Shown piece by piece: positions 7,752 through 17,935 of a DNA stretch of 64,000 bases (position 1 is the first letter of the stretch; every line of letters begins with the position of its first letter). A model generated the notes under the pieces. That model had not been told where the DNA came from, did not search any database, and saw only the letters and a list, made by a program, of their open reading frames with translations. A program made the translations under genes and the position numbers. Source of the stretch: an uncultured virus (IMG/VR IMGVR_UViG_3300020049_001894) (taxonomy: Duplodnaviria > Heunggongvirae > Uroviricota > Caudoviricetes); the IMG/VR virus record IMGVR_UViG_3300020049_001894; one strand, written 5' to 3'.

Positions 7752-9712
7752 TTGGTTGACCTCTCGTCGCCCGGTTCAATGCTCACGTGCATTTGACCGA
7801 GTTCGTAAAACCCGCCCGGGGTGTTGCTGATGAATTTGAGCTTCATGATGCGTGCTTGCTCCCCCATGTTTTGAAACGAGTCGCCAGGTTGCAGCGTGTA
7901 GGTGTCTAGCACTTCATCGGAGTCCTGCGCGAATGATCGCCCAATGACATCAACCGACATCTCGCCCACCTGATTCATATCGGGCTCTAGGCGCAAAATA
8001 CGGGTCATTGAATCAAGCATCTTGGGGGCATCGTCAAATGGGGCACCCACAGCAAAGCCAAAGTTCTGCGATGTGAACGAGCTAACGATTGGCAGCGCGT
8101 CCTGCCCCACAACTTTGTCCCAGCCATATTCATGCTGGTACTGCGTTACAAGAGTTTGGTCCTCTGGTGTGGACTGTACCGTAGCCGTGGCGCTGGATGT
8201 TGGGGTGGTCAGCACGTCAGTGCTTTGGAATGTGCCGGTCACGTCTGTGACGTTAAGCGATGTTGTCAGCACCCTGGACACTGTGCCCGTAGCGCCAGAC
8301 ACAGACCCAGTGACGGGGTTATTCGCAGCAAACGCAACGGTCATTGAAGTGAATGTAATGGTCGCATCAGCCGCTACACCCGTCGTATTGGTGTCTAGCG
8401 TCACAGTTGTACCCGTGTGTGACAACACTAATGAGCCGTAGACAACCCCTGTTCCCGCCGCAACCATGCCATCCACCACCCCTGTAGTCGCTGCGAAGTT
8501 GAGCACGGGCGACGCAGCTAGTGTCAGGGCGGAGGTGGCAAGCGCCACACCGGTTGTGAGCTTGATCGTGTCATCCGAGTCCTCATGCCCCACAAACACC
8601 GGGTACTTGAATACGCCCGTTGGGGCTGCTGCTGTGCGCTCTTTCACTGCGTCATACCATGTGTTTTCGCGGTAATTGAAGATGATAGCGTTGCCGCACT
8701 CAGTGTCTGTGCCGCGCGGGTAAAACCACCATATCTCGCCCCAGCGGCCAACTTTGACGCCGAACACTTTGTTTTGGTGGGCGTAGTTGAGCCCGTCAAA
8801 AAAGTAGTTGCAGTTCATCTGGTTGGGCAGTTCCTGCACGACACCGTTGTAGAACAGGAAGCGATCCGTGCCCGGCCAAAAGAATTTGCCATCATGCTCA
8901 ACCACTGCGTTTTTGGCAAGGATCGTTGACGGACTGGCCAGCAGGTCGTACTGCCACAGTCGCGTGTCATTGGTGAAGGAAACACGGATGAGGCTGTCCA
9001 GGCTCCAGAACAACCCTGAAGGCGCTTGCGAGCCGCCACGGATGGGAGCGCCGTAGACAATCTTTTGTGCCCCTATATTGTTGATTGACGCGTAGCTTGA
9101 CCCGCCAACAGTCCAGCCACTGGCAGTGCTGTAGTTGTTGGCATCACTATTGCGGATCAATCCATTGGAGCCATAGACAAACAGGAAAGGCTGTAGTACA
9201 CAAACCCCGCCCGACGTGCGGATGGGGCCAGATCCGTCAGCTACTTGCGTGAGGGGTGCGTTGCTGGTGATGTCGCCCGCGTAGACGTAGCCCTCGTCAT
9301 CATTGGCGATGTCTTCGGCATCCGGCGAGCTGGCTGCAATGATTGCCGAGTACGTACCGCCAGTGCTTGAGTACATGGACGCAAATGACCAGTTTAGCAG
9401 CGGGTTAGTGGCGAACCCGGCAGGGGTGCGATCTTCGATACTTCCTGTTGTACCGTCCAGTGCGAATTCAACTCGCTGTATTCCCCACTGGCTGAACAAG
9501 TGGGTGGAATTGACCCCGCCGCGCGAATCCAGCATGACTGCCCGTACGGGGCCATTGACTTGTTGGTTCATCGCGCGGTAGCCGCCCATTTTGCGAGGCT
9601 TGCCGCGCTGCCACCGCACCCACACGCCATCTGCGTAATACGACGAGTCTAGCTCTGTGCCATCACGCCGAACGCCGGGCTGCGACTGAAATAGGTAGAT
9701 TGGATCAGCCAT
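7748..9712 (-). CDS. Tail nozzle / packaged-DNA stabilisation protein (podovirus type)
   Basis: 654 aa beta-rich; QPGVRRDGT start; EIWWFYP and FNYRENTWY motifs. Confidence 0.65.
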   Translation of the reverse strand: MADPIYLFQSQPGVRRDGTELDSSYYADGVWVRWQRGKPRKMGGYRAMNQQVNGPVRAVMLDSRGGVNSTHLFSQWGIQRVEFALDGTTGSIEDRTPAGFATNPLLNWSFASMYSSTGGTYSAIIAASSPDAEDIANDDEGYVYAGDITSNAPLTQVADGSGPIRTSGGVCVLQPFLFVYGSNGLIRNSDANNYSTASGWTVGGSSYASINNIGAQKIVYGAPIRGGSQAPSGLFWSLDSLIRVSFTNDTRLWQYDLLASPSTILAKNAVVEHDGKFFWPGTDRFLFYNGVVQELPNQMNCNYFFDGLNYAHQNKVFGVKVGRWGEIWWFYPRGTDTECGNAIIFNYRENTWYDAVKERTAAAPTGVFKYPVFVGHEDSDDTIKLTTGVALATSALTLAASPVLNFAATTGVVDGMVAAGTGVVYGSLVLSHTGTTVTLDTNTTGVAADATITFTSMTVAFAANNPVTGSVSGATGTVSRVLTTSLNVTDVTGTFQSTDVLTTPTSSATATVQSTPEDQTLVTQYQHEYGWDKVVGQDALPIVSSFTSQNFGFAVGAPFDDAPKMLDSMTRILRLEPDMNQVGEMSVDVIGRSFAQDSDEVLDTYTLQPGDSFQNMGEQARIMKLKFISNTPGGFYELGQMHVSIEPGDERSTK

Positions 9713-9716
9713 ACGC

Positions 9717-10340
9717 CTACGGCCTCGTGAACACGGTAGTGCGATCGGCTTGCCGCTCGGAGTTCTCCTGCTTCAACCCACCAACTGACGACTGGTACAT
9801 ATCCTCCCACACTGGCTGGCGGGGCGATTTGATGTACCGGCACGCCTCAACCATGATTGCCGCGAGCAGTGCTTGCGGGGCGTTGAGTGTGAGCCAGTTG
9901 GTTTCGTTCGACTCACTCAGGGGTTGCAAACGGGCATAGTAGACCAGCTCGAAATCCAGCGCAGCAGCAGGTGTTGGACCTAGCAAGAAGTGCGTTGCGT
10001 TGTAATCTGCGTAGAACTTGGGAGTGTCTTGTAGAGACGAGTTGGGCCAGTAGTTACGCACATATTCCAAGGGGCGCAACAGCAACGGATGCCGTTCACC
10101 TGTGGCGTCGGTGAAGTAAAAAGAGATCGTTTCTTTCCAGAAGCTGGGTTTTTCCAACGCGGGGGTTGTGGGCAGGGTGCCGCTGACCACGGCTTGGAAC
10201 CCCTGTTGCTTCATCTCCGTGGCTAGACGGTTTTCCGCCAGCGCCACAAAAGTTGGAATCTGGTCTGCGAACGCAGTGTCAGTGCGTTCCGCGTATTGCG
10301 GGACCAGCGTCGCTAGTTGTGAGTATGTAAAATTCTGCAC
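9717..10340 (-). CDS. Head-tail adaptor / tail tubular protein
   Basis: IPTFVALAENR, PKFYA, LGPTP, TNWLT..AP motifs. Confidence 0.7.
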   Translation of the reverse strand: MQNFTYSQLATLVPQYAERTDTAFADQIPTFVALAENRLATEMKQQGFQAVVSGTLPTTPALEKPSFWKETISFYFTDATGERHPLLLRPLEYVRNYWPNSSLQDTPKFYADYNATHFLLGPTPAAALDFELVYYARLQPLSESNETNWLTLNAPQALLAAIMVEACRYIKSPRQPVWEDMYQSSVGGLKQENSERQADRTTVFTRP

Positions 10341-10341
10341 G

Positions 10342-11799
10342 CTAGCGACCTTGGATTGCTCGGGTCAACGCGCCGCCCTGCGCAAAGTTACGCCCCCATG
10401 ACGTAGGAGTCGGCCGGACTTCGGGCGTCGGAATCGACGCGCTGGGGTGCTTCTCATTCCCGGCAACCCCCGGTTTTATTCCTCCTGAGCCGCTTGCAAC
10501 CCAACCGTTGCTGACGTAGGGGTTCGGTTCACTGCCGCCTGTTTGCCAACCGCCTGGGCCGCGATAAACTGGTTGCGTTGTGACGTACCCGTTGTCGACT
10601 GGGTTTGGGCCGCTCCCGCCGCTGCCGCCAGATGCGTAACCGTTCTGCTTCATCCAAGCAATTTCGGAATCCGTAACGCCATTCTGCCGCATGGCGTCTA
10701 CACTGACGTTGTTCTGGTTGAACCAATCGATCTTTTCAGCAGCGCCCATGCCGCCCCAAACGGATGGGAGCGTGAGCGAGGTGCCTTGAATAACGTCACC
10801 GCCGCCAGGCTGGCTGGATCCAGCGCCAGGGTTGCGCATAGTCGGATCGTCTTTGCCGTTTATAAAGCCAGGCTGTCCAGGGCTCGTGCCTGCAGGCATA
10901 GGCTCCAATCCGCCTGTTCCCGGTGGCGTGATGGGATGCTGACTGTTCGGCACACCCCCGTATGGATTGGGAGGTGGTTGAATCTGCGGAGGCAACGCGG
11001 GCATAGCGCCTTGCACGGGCGGCTGCGCAACTTGTGTCAGAGGTCCGGTCGTGCCTGTGGGCTGCGCTTGCATCCCGTTCTGAAAATTGAACGTTGGCGC
11101 GGGGGACAGCATACGTTGTTGCTGGGCTGCGTACAAGGCATTCAGCACAGGGGTGGGGAACGAGTTTGTAGGCGGTTGCAACGGGGTCTGCGCAATGGCG
11201 GGGGTCTGTGCAATGGCGGGGTTGCCAAACACTTGCCCGGGTGTTACCACGGGCACAGTCGTCTGCGTTGGGCGGGTCCAAGGCTGGTAGGTTTCTGCGG
11301 GCTGGCGCTCAGGCGTGGGAATAGCTGCTGCGGTTCCGCCCGTCTGACCTTTAACTGTATTAAAGTCATTCAGCGCCTGCTGATAGGTTTCCACAGGCCT
11401 GCCATTGACCACGTTAACGGAGTGCATTGACCCGTCAGGCATCTTGTACTGGGTGTTCCCAGCACCGGCGGACAGAGCGGTTGTACTAGCATTCGGGCTT
11501 GACCAGTTATCAACCCCGTAGCCGCTGTCCCCTCGCCATTGGCTAGCTTCTAATTCGTGCACAAGCTGCGCGTATGCTGGGTCTCGCGGGCCTTTCGAGC
11601 CTGTGCCAACATTCGCAGCGTAGTTGATGGCATAGGGGTTCATCCCCAGATTGCCTGCAAGTCTGTTCATTTCGGTTGCCGACATATTTGGGTTGGCTGC
11701 GAAGAAGTTCTGAATCTCTGCGTTTGAAATCCAGCGATTCTCAGTTGGGGACCACACGCCTTGTGCGGTGTCGACTTGATTTACACCTGTATTTGCCAT
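10342..11799 (-). CDS. Pro/Gln/Gly-rich putative virion protein
   Basis: 485 aa ORF with RBS; ends FAQGGALT. Confidence 0.6.
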   Translation of the reverse strand: MANTGVNQVDTAQGVWSPTENRWISNAEIQNFFAANPNMSATEMNRLAGNLGMNPYAINYAANVGTGSKGPRDPAYAQLVHELEASQWRGDSGYGVDNWSSPNASTTALSAGAGNTQYKMPDGSMHSVNVVNGRPVETYQQALNDFNTVKGQTGGTAAAIPTPERQPAETYQPWTRPTQTTVPVVTPGQVFGNPAIAQTPAIAQTPLQPPTNSFPTPVLNALYAAQQQRMLSPAPTFNFQNGMQAQPTGTTGPLTQVAQPPVQGAMPALPPQIQPPPNPYGGVPNSQHPITPPGTGGLEPMPAGTSPGQPGFINGKDDPTMRNPGAGSSQPGGGDVIQGTSLTLPSVWGGMGAAEKIDWFNQNNVSVDAMRQNGVTDSEIAWMKQNGYASGGSGGSGPNPVDNGYVTTQPVYRGPGGWQTGGSEPNPYVSNGWVASGSGGIKPGVAGNEKHPSASIPTPEVRPTPTSWGRNFAQGGALTRAIQGR

Positions 11800-11816
11800 T
11801 TCGTACTCCTTGTCAA

Positions 11817-12263
11817 TCAGTCAATTTTAAGCGGTACCGGCCATGCGGCACTAAGTGTTTCGGCGTCTAAGGCGTGACGGTCAGCTTTTTCCGCCATGCT
11901 TCGGCCAGCTTCCTCCACTGTTCCGAGTAGCTCTCCGATGGCACCGATTCGCTCAGTGCAGGCCGCGTGGGAGACTGCGGCGTCTCGCATGGCTGCTGCG
12001 GCTGCGTCGTGCAAGCTGATAGCAGCAGAGCGAGCACCAGTAGCAGCCATCCGCAGGCCGCGAGCGCGAACTTCAGCTTTGTTCTGCGCTTCAATGACCC
12101 GATCCGCGTTGCGGAGAGCCCCCTTGGCGGCAAGGCGTTCGTTTTCAAGCTGCTGTTCTGCATGTTCCGCTTTCTCCGCGCCGTAGCGCCAGTCTTGCAC
12201 TTTCCAAGCGCCCGTAGCTGCTACGGTTGCTGCTATCAATCCTGTAGCCACGTAGGTGTACAT
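11817..12263 (-). CDS. Rz-like inner-membrane spanin
   Basis: N-terminal TM segment (MYTYVATGLIAATVAATGAWKVQDWR) plus coiled coil, directly after the endolysin. Confidence 0.75.
   Translation of the reverse strand: MYTYVATGLIAATVAATGAWKVQDWRYGAEKAEHAEQQLENERLAAKGALRNADRVIEAQNKAEVRARGLRMAATGARSAAISLHDAAAAAMRDAAVSHAACTERIGAIGELLGTVEEAGRSMAEKADRHALDAETLSAAWPVPLKID
11867..12163 (-). CDS. Rz1-like outer-membrane lipoprotein spanin embedded in Rz (start uncertain)
   Basis: Lipobox LLLSAC followed by a Pro-rich segment, in a different frame inside Rz. Confidence 0.7.
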   Translation of the reverse strand: MQNSSLKTNALPPRGLSATRIGSLKRRTKLKFALAACGWLLLVLALLLSACTTQPQQPCETPQSPTRPALSESVPSESYSEQWRKLAEAWRKKLTVTP

Positions 12264-12973
12264 CACGCCCACCCGCCCCGGCGCTGGCTGATACGCTGCC
12301 ACACCATGTAGCCACACAGTCCGACCACGCACAGCAGCAAGACAGGCACAAGCCAGTCTCCCAATGCCTGGGTGCTGTACTTCACGTCGGCGACGGTCCG
12401 GGCTGTCTCGGACACGGTGGCCACCGCAGCAGTGCCGCCCGCGACAACCCCCGCCCGATTGATGGGGCTTGCGACCATCGAGGTTTCTGCGTCCACGGTC
12501 TGCGGCATCTCTGGCAAAACCGGGTCGCTCACATCGTCGGGTACAGGCGTGAGGTACAGCGCGGCCTCTTCGGCGCGGCGACGGGTCAGGCCGGTGTACA
12601 CCTTGCCCCCGCTCTTGTTCCACAGCGCGAAGGCACGCGCAGCCGCCTGGTGGTCGCCAGCGTTGTGGCAACGTAGCACGGTGGACTTTTTGAACCCGCC
12701 TATGCCGATGTTGAAACACAGGAGGACCATCGCGTCAAACTCGTTCTGGTTCGGCGGGCTGGTGCAGGCTGCGAGTACCGCAGACTCGTAGGGCACGAGG
12801 ATGCGCAGCAACCTGCGGTCGGCCTCTTCGCGTGTGATCGTGTCGCCCATCCGCACGCCCTCGGTGAAGCCGTAACCGATGGTCGGCACGTCGCCAGGCA
12901 CCGGGATGTAAGCGACTGCGCTGAATCCTTCAAGGCGTTTCAAAATCGTCTTGCCGTTGGTGGATAGTTTCAT
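12263..12973 (-). CDS. Endolysin, GH24 lysozyme with hydrophobic C-terminal extension
   Basis: EG-x7-VPGDVPTIGYG catalytic region, FNIG, GLTRRRAEE. Confidence 0.9.
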   Translation of the reverse strand: MKLSTNGKTILKRLEGFSAVAYIPVPGDVPTIGYGFTEGVRMGDTITREEADRRLLRILVPYESAVLAACTSPPNQNEFDAMVLLCFNIGIGGFKKSTVLRCHNAGDHQAAARAFALWNKSGGKVYTGLTRRRAEEAALYLTPVPDDVSDPVLPEMPQTVDAETSMVASPINRAGVVAGGTAAVATVSETARTVADVKYSTQALGDWLVPVLLLCVVGLCGYMVWQRISQRRGGWA

Positions 12974-13071
12974 TCTTCGCCCTCTCGGTCACACATTACC
13001 ACTGCAATAATCGCCCCGGCAGCCGCCACGCCAGCCATTGCAAAGCCAATCAGGATCAATGCTTCGTTCAC
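12970..13071 (-). CDS. 33-aa single-TM peptide in the lysis cassette
   Basis: Own translation: MNEALILIGFAMAGVAAAGAIIAVVMCDREGEE; overlaps both neighbours by 4 nt. Confidence 0.55.
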   Translation of the reverse strand: MNEALILIGFAMAGVAAAGAIIAVVMCDREGEE

Positions 13072-13469
13072 CGAATCTGCCCCTTGATCGTCACCCACAA
13101 ACCGATGCAAGCAGCCGCAATACCGGTTCCCCACTTGATGGCAGAGCCGATAGCACCAGCGACTCGAAAGAAGCCTTTGGCGGCGCTGATAATGTCGAGA
13201 ATGTCCGCAGTGGCTTGCGTGTTTTCCTCGAGCGCCTTTTCAAATTTGATCTGGTGAGCCAGCGCCGCATCGTTGTTGGCTTTGATGCAAGCATTCACCT
13301 CAGTCACCGATTCCTCAATGCGTGACATGCGTTTAGCGCCATCGTCGAGCCGGGTATTGACCGCGCTCATGGCTTCTTGTACTGTGATCATGTTTTCGCA
13401 GTCACTTGGGGTATGCCAGTCAGAACGTCGCTCAGGGCCGTGGTAAAACTTGACGGGGTGTTCTGTCAT
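13068..13469 (-). CDS. Putative holin-like protein (coiled coil plus C-terminal TM)
   Basis: Upstream of the endolysin; C-terminal hydrophobic helix. Confidence 0.5.
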   Translation of the reverse strand: MTEHPVKFYHGPERRSDWHTPSDCENMITVQEAMSAVNTRLDDGAKRMSRIEESVTEVNACIKANNDAALAHQIKFEKALEENTQATADILDIISAAKGFFRVAGAIGSAIKWGTGIAAACIGLWVTIKGQIR

Positions 13470-13708
13470 CGCATGTCCTCTGGCAGGTTGTGTTTCGCGG
13501 AAAAGTAGGCTTTCTTGCAATGCTCTGTCTGGCCCAACCAGCTAAACAGCCAGTCAATTGCAGGACGTGCTTTGCCGTAGAACTTGCCCATCGTTTCAGC
13601 GCGGTAGGCTGCTGACGAGAACGACTCAGACGGATATGCTTTGCCAAGCGTCAGGACGCTAAAGACAAAGCAGTCGAAGGTCAGCAGAATGTTGATGATG
13701 CGTTTCAC
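13466..13708 (-). CDS. Hypothetical phage protein
   Basis: ESFSSAAYR...IDWLF...HC pattern typical of small tail/lysis-region genes. Confidence 0.65.
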   Translation of the reverse strand: MKRIINILLTFDCFVFSVLTLGKAYPSESFSSAAYRAETMGKFYGKARPAIDWLFSWLGQTEHCKKAYFSAKHNLPEDMR

Positions 13709-14148
13709 TTGATCTCGCCAGTCAGGATTTCAGCCTTGCGCCCAACAGCAATCAAGCCTAGTCCGGTCATGTAGTCCAGCGCATCGCTGATCGACTGAAG
13801 CGACAAGTCCACGTTCACTGTGCGCGGGTCGTTCATCAGCTCTTGCAGGTCGATGATTACAGGGTCTACGGATGCTTTCACCGCAATGCGCTCGGCGCTG
13901 GTGAACAGCATCTTGTACTCGATGACCGTGACCTTGGGTGGCTTCGCAACGACGGGTTCAGGCGTCTGCGCAACGACTTCAGGGATGGGCCGATTGGTCA
14001 GCACACCATTGGTGAACGTATCACCATTCTCTGCGTCATCAGGCACTTCGGTGTCGTAGTTTGCGGCGACTGACGGGTGATAGAACTGCTCCGGTGCACC
14101 GGGGGCAATGTCGCGAATGATGTCGTTTTCAATCCATGCGTATTTCAT
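13705..14148 (-). CDS. Tail fibre-associated (assembly/chaperone-like) protein
   Basis: Follows the Gly-rich fibre gene. Confidence 0.55.
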   Translation of the reverse strand: MKYAWIENDIIRDIAPGAPEQFYHPSVAANYDTEVPDDAENGDTFTNGVLTNRPIPEVVAQTPEPVVAKPPKVTVIEYKMLFTSAERIAVKASVDPVIIDLQELMNDPRTVNVDLSLQSISDALDYMTGLGLIAVGRKAEILTGEIK

Positions 14149-14150
14149 GA

Positions 14151-15605
14151 TTAGTAGCCCTCAGTGAATGCGAAAACTACGAAGCCGTTGCCACCAGCCC
14201 CAGCTATTGCGGTGGAACCTCCGCCTCCGCCTCCGCCTCCGCCTCCTCCGAAGCCGCCAGTGCCGGACTCACGGTAGTGGCTGCCGCCACCGCCACCGCC
14301 AAAACCGCCGTTTCCGCCTTTCCCGCGACCGGCGGATGAGGCGTCACCACTGCCGCCGCCGCCGCCGCCGAACCCACCAGCCCCTGCATTACCACCACTC
14401 CCTGCACCACCACCACCACCACCGTACCCGCCGGTGCCTGCGTTGTGTATAGAGCTGGACGCCCCGCCGCCACCGCCACCGAAGCCTCCGCCTCCGCCGT
14501 TTGAGCCAGGATTGTTATACCCCGCGCCGCCGCCGCCGCCTAGCGGCACAACACGGTTGATGTATAACAGGGCTTCTGAGTCGGCGTAAATTAACGTCGA
14601 CCCCGTACCACCAGCTTGCGCAACAACGGATGGTGTGGCTGCTGTGCCGTATTGCGCACCATTCCCGCCAAACGGGCCTCCACCAACCGGAGCCATAGCA
14701 CCCGCCGTAAGTGTTGCACTAGACTGATCTGCTGAACCGTCACTTTGTGAGCCACCGCCACTGCCCGGAATAGCAGAGCTGGCTACGTTTGCAGAAAAGC
14801 CCCCACCAGCGCCACGGTATCCTCCGCCACCTCCGCCTCCGCTGTTACTGCCGCCGCCTGTCGATGCAATGCTTCCGCCAGCGCCGTAGAAGCCTCCGCC
14901 CCCACCGCCAGCACTATTGCTAGACGTACCACTTGATGTTGCTGTACTTCCGCCAGCCGCCGCCCAGCCGCCGCCTCCCCCAGCTCCACTGTTATTTCCG
15001 TTGTTTGTGGCGCTAGTTGACCCGCCTACGCCAGCGGAAGTCACGCCGCCTCCGCCAGACCCGCCGTACGTAGTTCCAGTGCTTGTTGTTATAACAGCAC
15101 CCGCCGCGCCGCCCGACCATGTTTGTAACAGCCGAACATTGCTAGCAGCAGACACTGTACCTCCCGCAGCTCCTGTTAAAGTGCCAGTGCCCGCCCCAAC
15201 GTTCTTAGAACCCCCCGCCCCGCCCGTAATAGACACGATTGATCCGATGGACGTTGTGCCGCCCGCACTACCGTTAGTAGCCGACGCGGGCGTTGCGTTA
15301 TACACACCAGCAGCGCCGCCTGTTCCAATAGTCCCGGTCACAGTCTGCCCTGGCACCACATCTAGGATGCCTTCAGCTAACCCACCCCCACCCCCGCCAC
15401 TTGCTCCCGCGCGTGGAGTTGCTGTGCCACCGCCACCGCCGCCACCAGCCCCCGCAGCAAGGAAGTAAAGCTGATATACATTCTGTGGGACGGTGAAGCT
15501 GAACGCGCCTGCTGTCGTGAATGTGCGTGAATGCTTCCACTCAGGAGGAGCAACCCGAGTCGGTGCGCTGGGTGGCAGTGGATAACCGTATGTACCTTTG
15601 TTCAT
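14151..15605 (-). CDS. Glycine-rich tail fibre / receptor-binding protein
   Basis: Extensive GGGGG and GGFGGGGG repeats; FSFTVP start motif. Confidence 0.75.
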   Translation of the reverse strand: MNKGTYGYPLPPSAPTRVAPPEWKHSRTFTTAGAFSFTVPQNVYQLYFLAAGAGGGGGGGTATPRAGASGGGGGGLAEGILDVVPGQTVTGTIGTGGAAGVYNATPASATNGSAGGTTSIGSIVSITGGAGGSKNVGAGTGTLTGAAGGTVSAASNVRLLQTWSGGAAGAVITTSTGTTYGGSGGGGVTSAGVGGSTSATNNGNNSGAGGGGGWAAAGGSTATSSGTSSNSAGGGGGGFYGAGGSIASTGGGSNSGGGGGGGYRGAGGGFSANVASSAIPGSGGGSQSDGSADQSSATLTAGAMAPVGGGPFGGNGAQYGTAATPSVVAQAGGTGSTLIYADSEALLYINRVVPLGGGGGAGYNNPGSNGGGGGFGGGGGGASSSIHNAGTGGYGGGGGGAGSGGNAGAGGFGGGGGGSGDASSAGRGKGGNGGFGGGGGGSHYRESGTGGFGGGGGGGGGGGSTAIAGAGGNGFVVFAFTEGY

Positions 15606-15618
15606 GTTTCAGTACTCC

Positions 15619-16017
15619 TTAGAAATCACCACCAACCGCTAGGACATTAAATGTCTCTGCGTTGTTGGTGGATGCTCGAAGTGAAAAGCCTGTTGGCAGG
15701 ATGATGGGGAATAGCTGCGACATAGTGCTGGCATTCATTTGCACCTCCCACGCCGGGGCTGTGCTGCTCGGGGTGTTTGCCAGTACGGGGATTTCGTTCA
15801 ACAGATACGCGGTTGTGCCGTTGTGTACGAACAGCCGGATCATACCGGCTGTGGTAGTGCCGGTGGCTTTGAGCATCACCGCATCAATACGGGAGCCGGA
15901 TGCGCCAGCGGTCAGGACTGTGCCGATGGTGCCTGTACCGTCACGATTGGTGTTGGCTGTTGAGATTGCAGCGATGCCTAGATTCGGCGTTGCTGCGTAG
16001 TTTGCTGAGGTTGACAT
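15619..16017 (-). CDS. Tail-associated protein
   Basis: Beta-rich 132 aa protein between fibre genes. Confidence 0.6.
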   Translation of the reverse strand: MSTSANYAATPNLGIAAISTANTNRDGTGTIGTVLTAGASGSRIDAVMLKATGTTTAGMIRLFVHNGTTAYLLNEIPVLANTPSSTAPAWEVQMNASTMSQLFPIILPTGFSLRASTNNAETFNVLAVGGDF

Positions 16018-17697
16018 TTAAATGACTCCTACGTTCATGAACAACAAAGATTCTGGCGGGACTTGCTCAGGCACCGGTTCCCAGCTTGCGTTTACACCAT
16101 CAGTCTTGACGTACTTTCCGGCATTGCCGGTTTGTGCAGGGAGGGCTGCAGAGAACGCAGTAGCTCCCACAAACGCAGTGGTGGCAAGCTGTGTTGTGCT
16201 GGTTCCTGTAGTGGCAGTTGGGGCTATTGGAATGCCTGTTAGGGTAGGCGATGCAAGAGGCGCGTAGGCAGTAAGCGCAGTGGCTACAGCCGCAGGCACC
16301 GTATCCTGCACCCATGCGGTGGTCGCAACCAATGTGCTGTCGTCCAGCAGCGCGGGTGTAGGTGCATTGACCGAGCCTGTGAACGTCGGGCTATTAATCG
16401 GCGCGCCGGTTAGGGTTGTGAGCAGGGTACTGCTGGCCGGGATAGTTGTACCGTTCAGCGTGGTCGTACTGCTAGAAACCAGCGTCGTGAAGTCGCCTGT
16501 GGACCCGCTGACGGGACCATTCCAGCCGGTTGACGTGAATTCACCTAGGTAAACGCCATTGATCGTCACGCCGATCTTGTGCGAGCCGGACTGGTAAAAG
16601 CCCGTTGCCACTTCATTGAACGCGACCGACGGCGCGGTAACACTGCCTGGGCCAAACTGCAACGTGCTGATGCCGCCTTGCAGTGAGGTATTAGCGTTGA
16701 CGATATTAGTACCGTCACAGAATAAAATAGCTGCTTGATTCTGTGTGACTTGGACCGTGCTGCCGCCTGCTGCACAACTGAATGTTGTCGTGTACAACCC
16801 CGATGTTTCGTTGCTAACGTAGTACACCTGCACTACCGCAGGGAGCACGATGGTCGCATTGCTGACGAGTACGCCAGTGTACTTCTGCACCACATTGCTT
16901 GCTTCCGTGAGTGTGAGCGTGGTCGTGCCGCCCGTGGTGCTTTTGGTCAGCTGGGTGAAATTGAACGCTGTGTTACGCCCACGCCCGACTGTGTACCAGT
17001 CGTTCAGGCCCATGTGAACAAAGCAGCTTTCCTGCACAGACAGTGTGATGGTTGCAGAACCGTCAATCGTAGCCCCGCCTACCGGGGCAAGGGTCAAAGT
17101 GCCGGTACCTTGATTGCGCACCTCAATCACAAAGTCGCTTGTCGAACCTACTGTAGTGGGCAGGGTCAACGTGCCACTACCGCCTGTCCACAGATGCAAC
17201 TTCGCCCGGTCTGCAGCAACGATCGTTGCGCTACCGCCAACCACTGTAACTACAGGGGCAGCGTTGAGCGTGCTACCGATGGCACTCAGGCCGTAACCCG
17301 CCAGTTGTGCGGCGTCGAGCGATGATGACCCAACGCCGAAGAGCGTAATGCGCCATGTACCCGCTTGTGTTGTGTTGTCGCTCAGGTAGAAGTATTTGAC
17401 TTGCCCGGCTTCAACTGTGCCCAGCGTGCTGCCGTCAAAATCCAAGACCGTGAACGTCTCAGCTCCCGCGCCGTCAAACAGTATGTCCTGACCTTCACCC
17501 ACCAGCGTTGCATCGGGCAGGGTGATGGTCTTGCTGGCAACCGTAGCGTTGACCTTCATGATGCGAGAGAGCACCTGCCCCGTGGTCGCGTAAGGCGGCC
17601 AGTATGTCAGGATGCTGTCCGTCAGAGCAACCGCGCTGAACCCCACATCAGTGGGTTGAACAGTGGACCCTCCGAATACATCTGTGTAAGTTGCCAT
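16018..17697 (-). CDS. Tail fibre protein
   Basis: Thr-rich; APLASPTLTG.P.APT..ATTAFV fibre repeats. Confidence 0.75.
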   Translation of the reverse strand: MATYTDVFGGSTVQPTDVGFSAVALTDSILTYWPPYATTGQVLSRIMKVNATVASKTITLPDATLVGEGQDILFDGAGAETFTVLDFDGSTLGTVEAGQVKYFYLSDNTTQAGTWRITLFGVGSSSLDAAQLAGYGLSAIGSTLNAAPVVTVVGGSATIVAADRAKLHLWTGGSGTLTLPTTVGSTSDFVIEVRNQGTGTLTLAPVGGATIDGSATITLSVQESCFVHMGLNDWYTVGRGRNTAFNFTQLTKSTTGGTTTLTLTEASNVVQKYTGVLVSNATIVLPAVVQVYYVSNETSGLYTTTFSCAAGGSTVQVTQNQAAILFCDGTNIVNANTSLQGGISTLQFGPGSVTAPSVAFNEVATGFYQSGSHKIGVTINGVYLGEFTSTGWNGPVSGSTGDFTTLVSSSTTTLNGTTIPASSTLLTTLTGAPINSPTFTGSVNAPTPALLDDSTLVATTAWVQDTVPAAVATALTAYAPLASPTLTGIPIAPTATTGTSTTQLATTAFVGATAFSAALPAQTGNAGKYVKTDGVNASWEPVPEQVPPESLLFMNVGVI

Positions 17698-17707
17698 TCT
17701 CTTTCCT

Positions 17708-17935
17708 CTATGCGCTCATCACGTCGTCGGGACGCGGATATTGCAACGTGATATTTTCGCTCATCCGCGCAGGCAACCGCCACGGGTCCAATCGGTCCGA
17801 ACACTCAGGACAAACGCGTAAACCGGGGGAGTTACCGTCAGCCACGAGCGTGCTGTAGGGCACTTTGACATGACAACGGTCGCACAGCGCAACCGCGCGT
17901 GACGCGTGGCCAGAGGTGTCTAAGTAGAGGCTCAT
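17708..17935 (-). CDS. Small Cys4 zinc-binding phage protein
   Basis: CDRC...CPEC, ending PRPD. Confidence 0.7.
   Translation of the reverse strand: MSLYLDTSGHASRAVALCDRCHVKVPYSTLVADGNSPGLRVCPECSDRLDPWRLPARMSENITLQYPRPDDVMSA

Noticed and set aside
14151..15605. (CCG/CCA)n runs as a DNA repeat element
   Set aside because: Explained by poly-glycine codons of the tail fibre.
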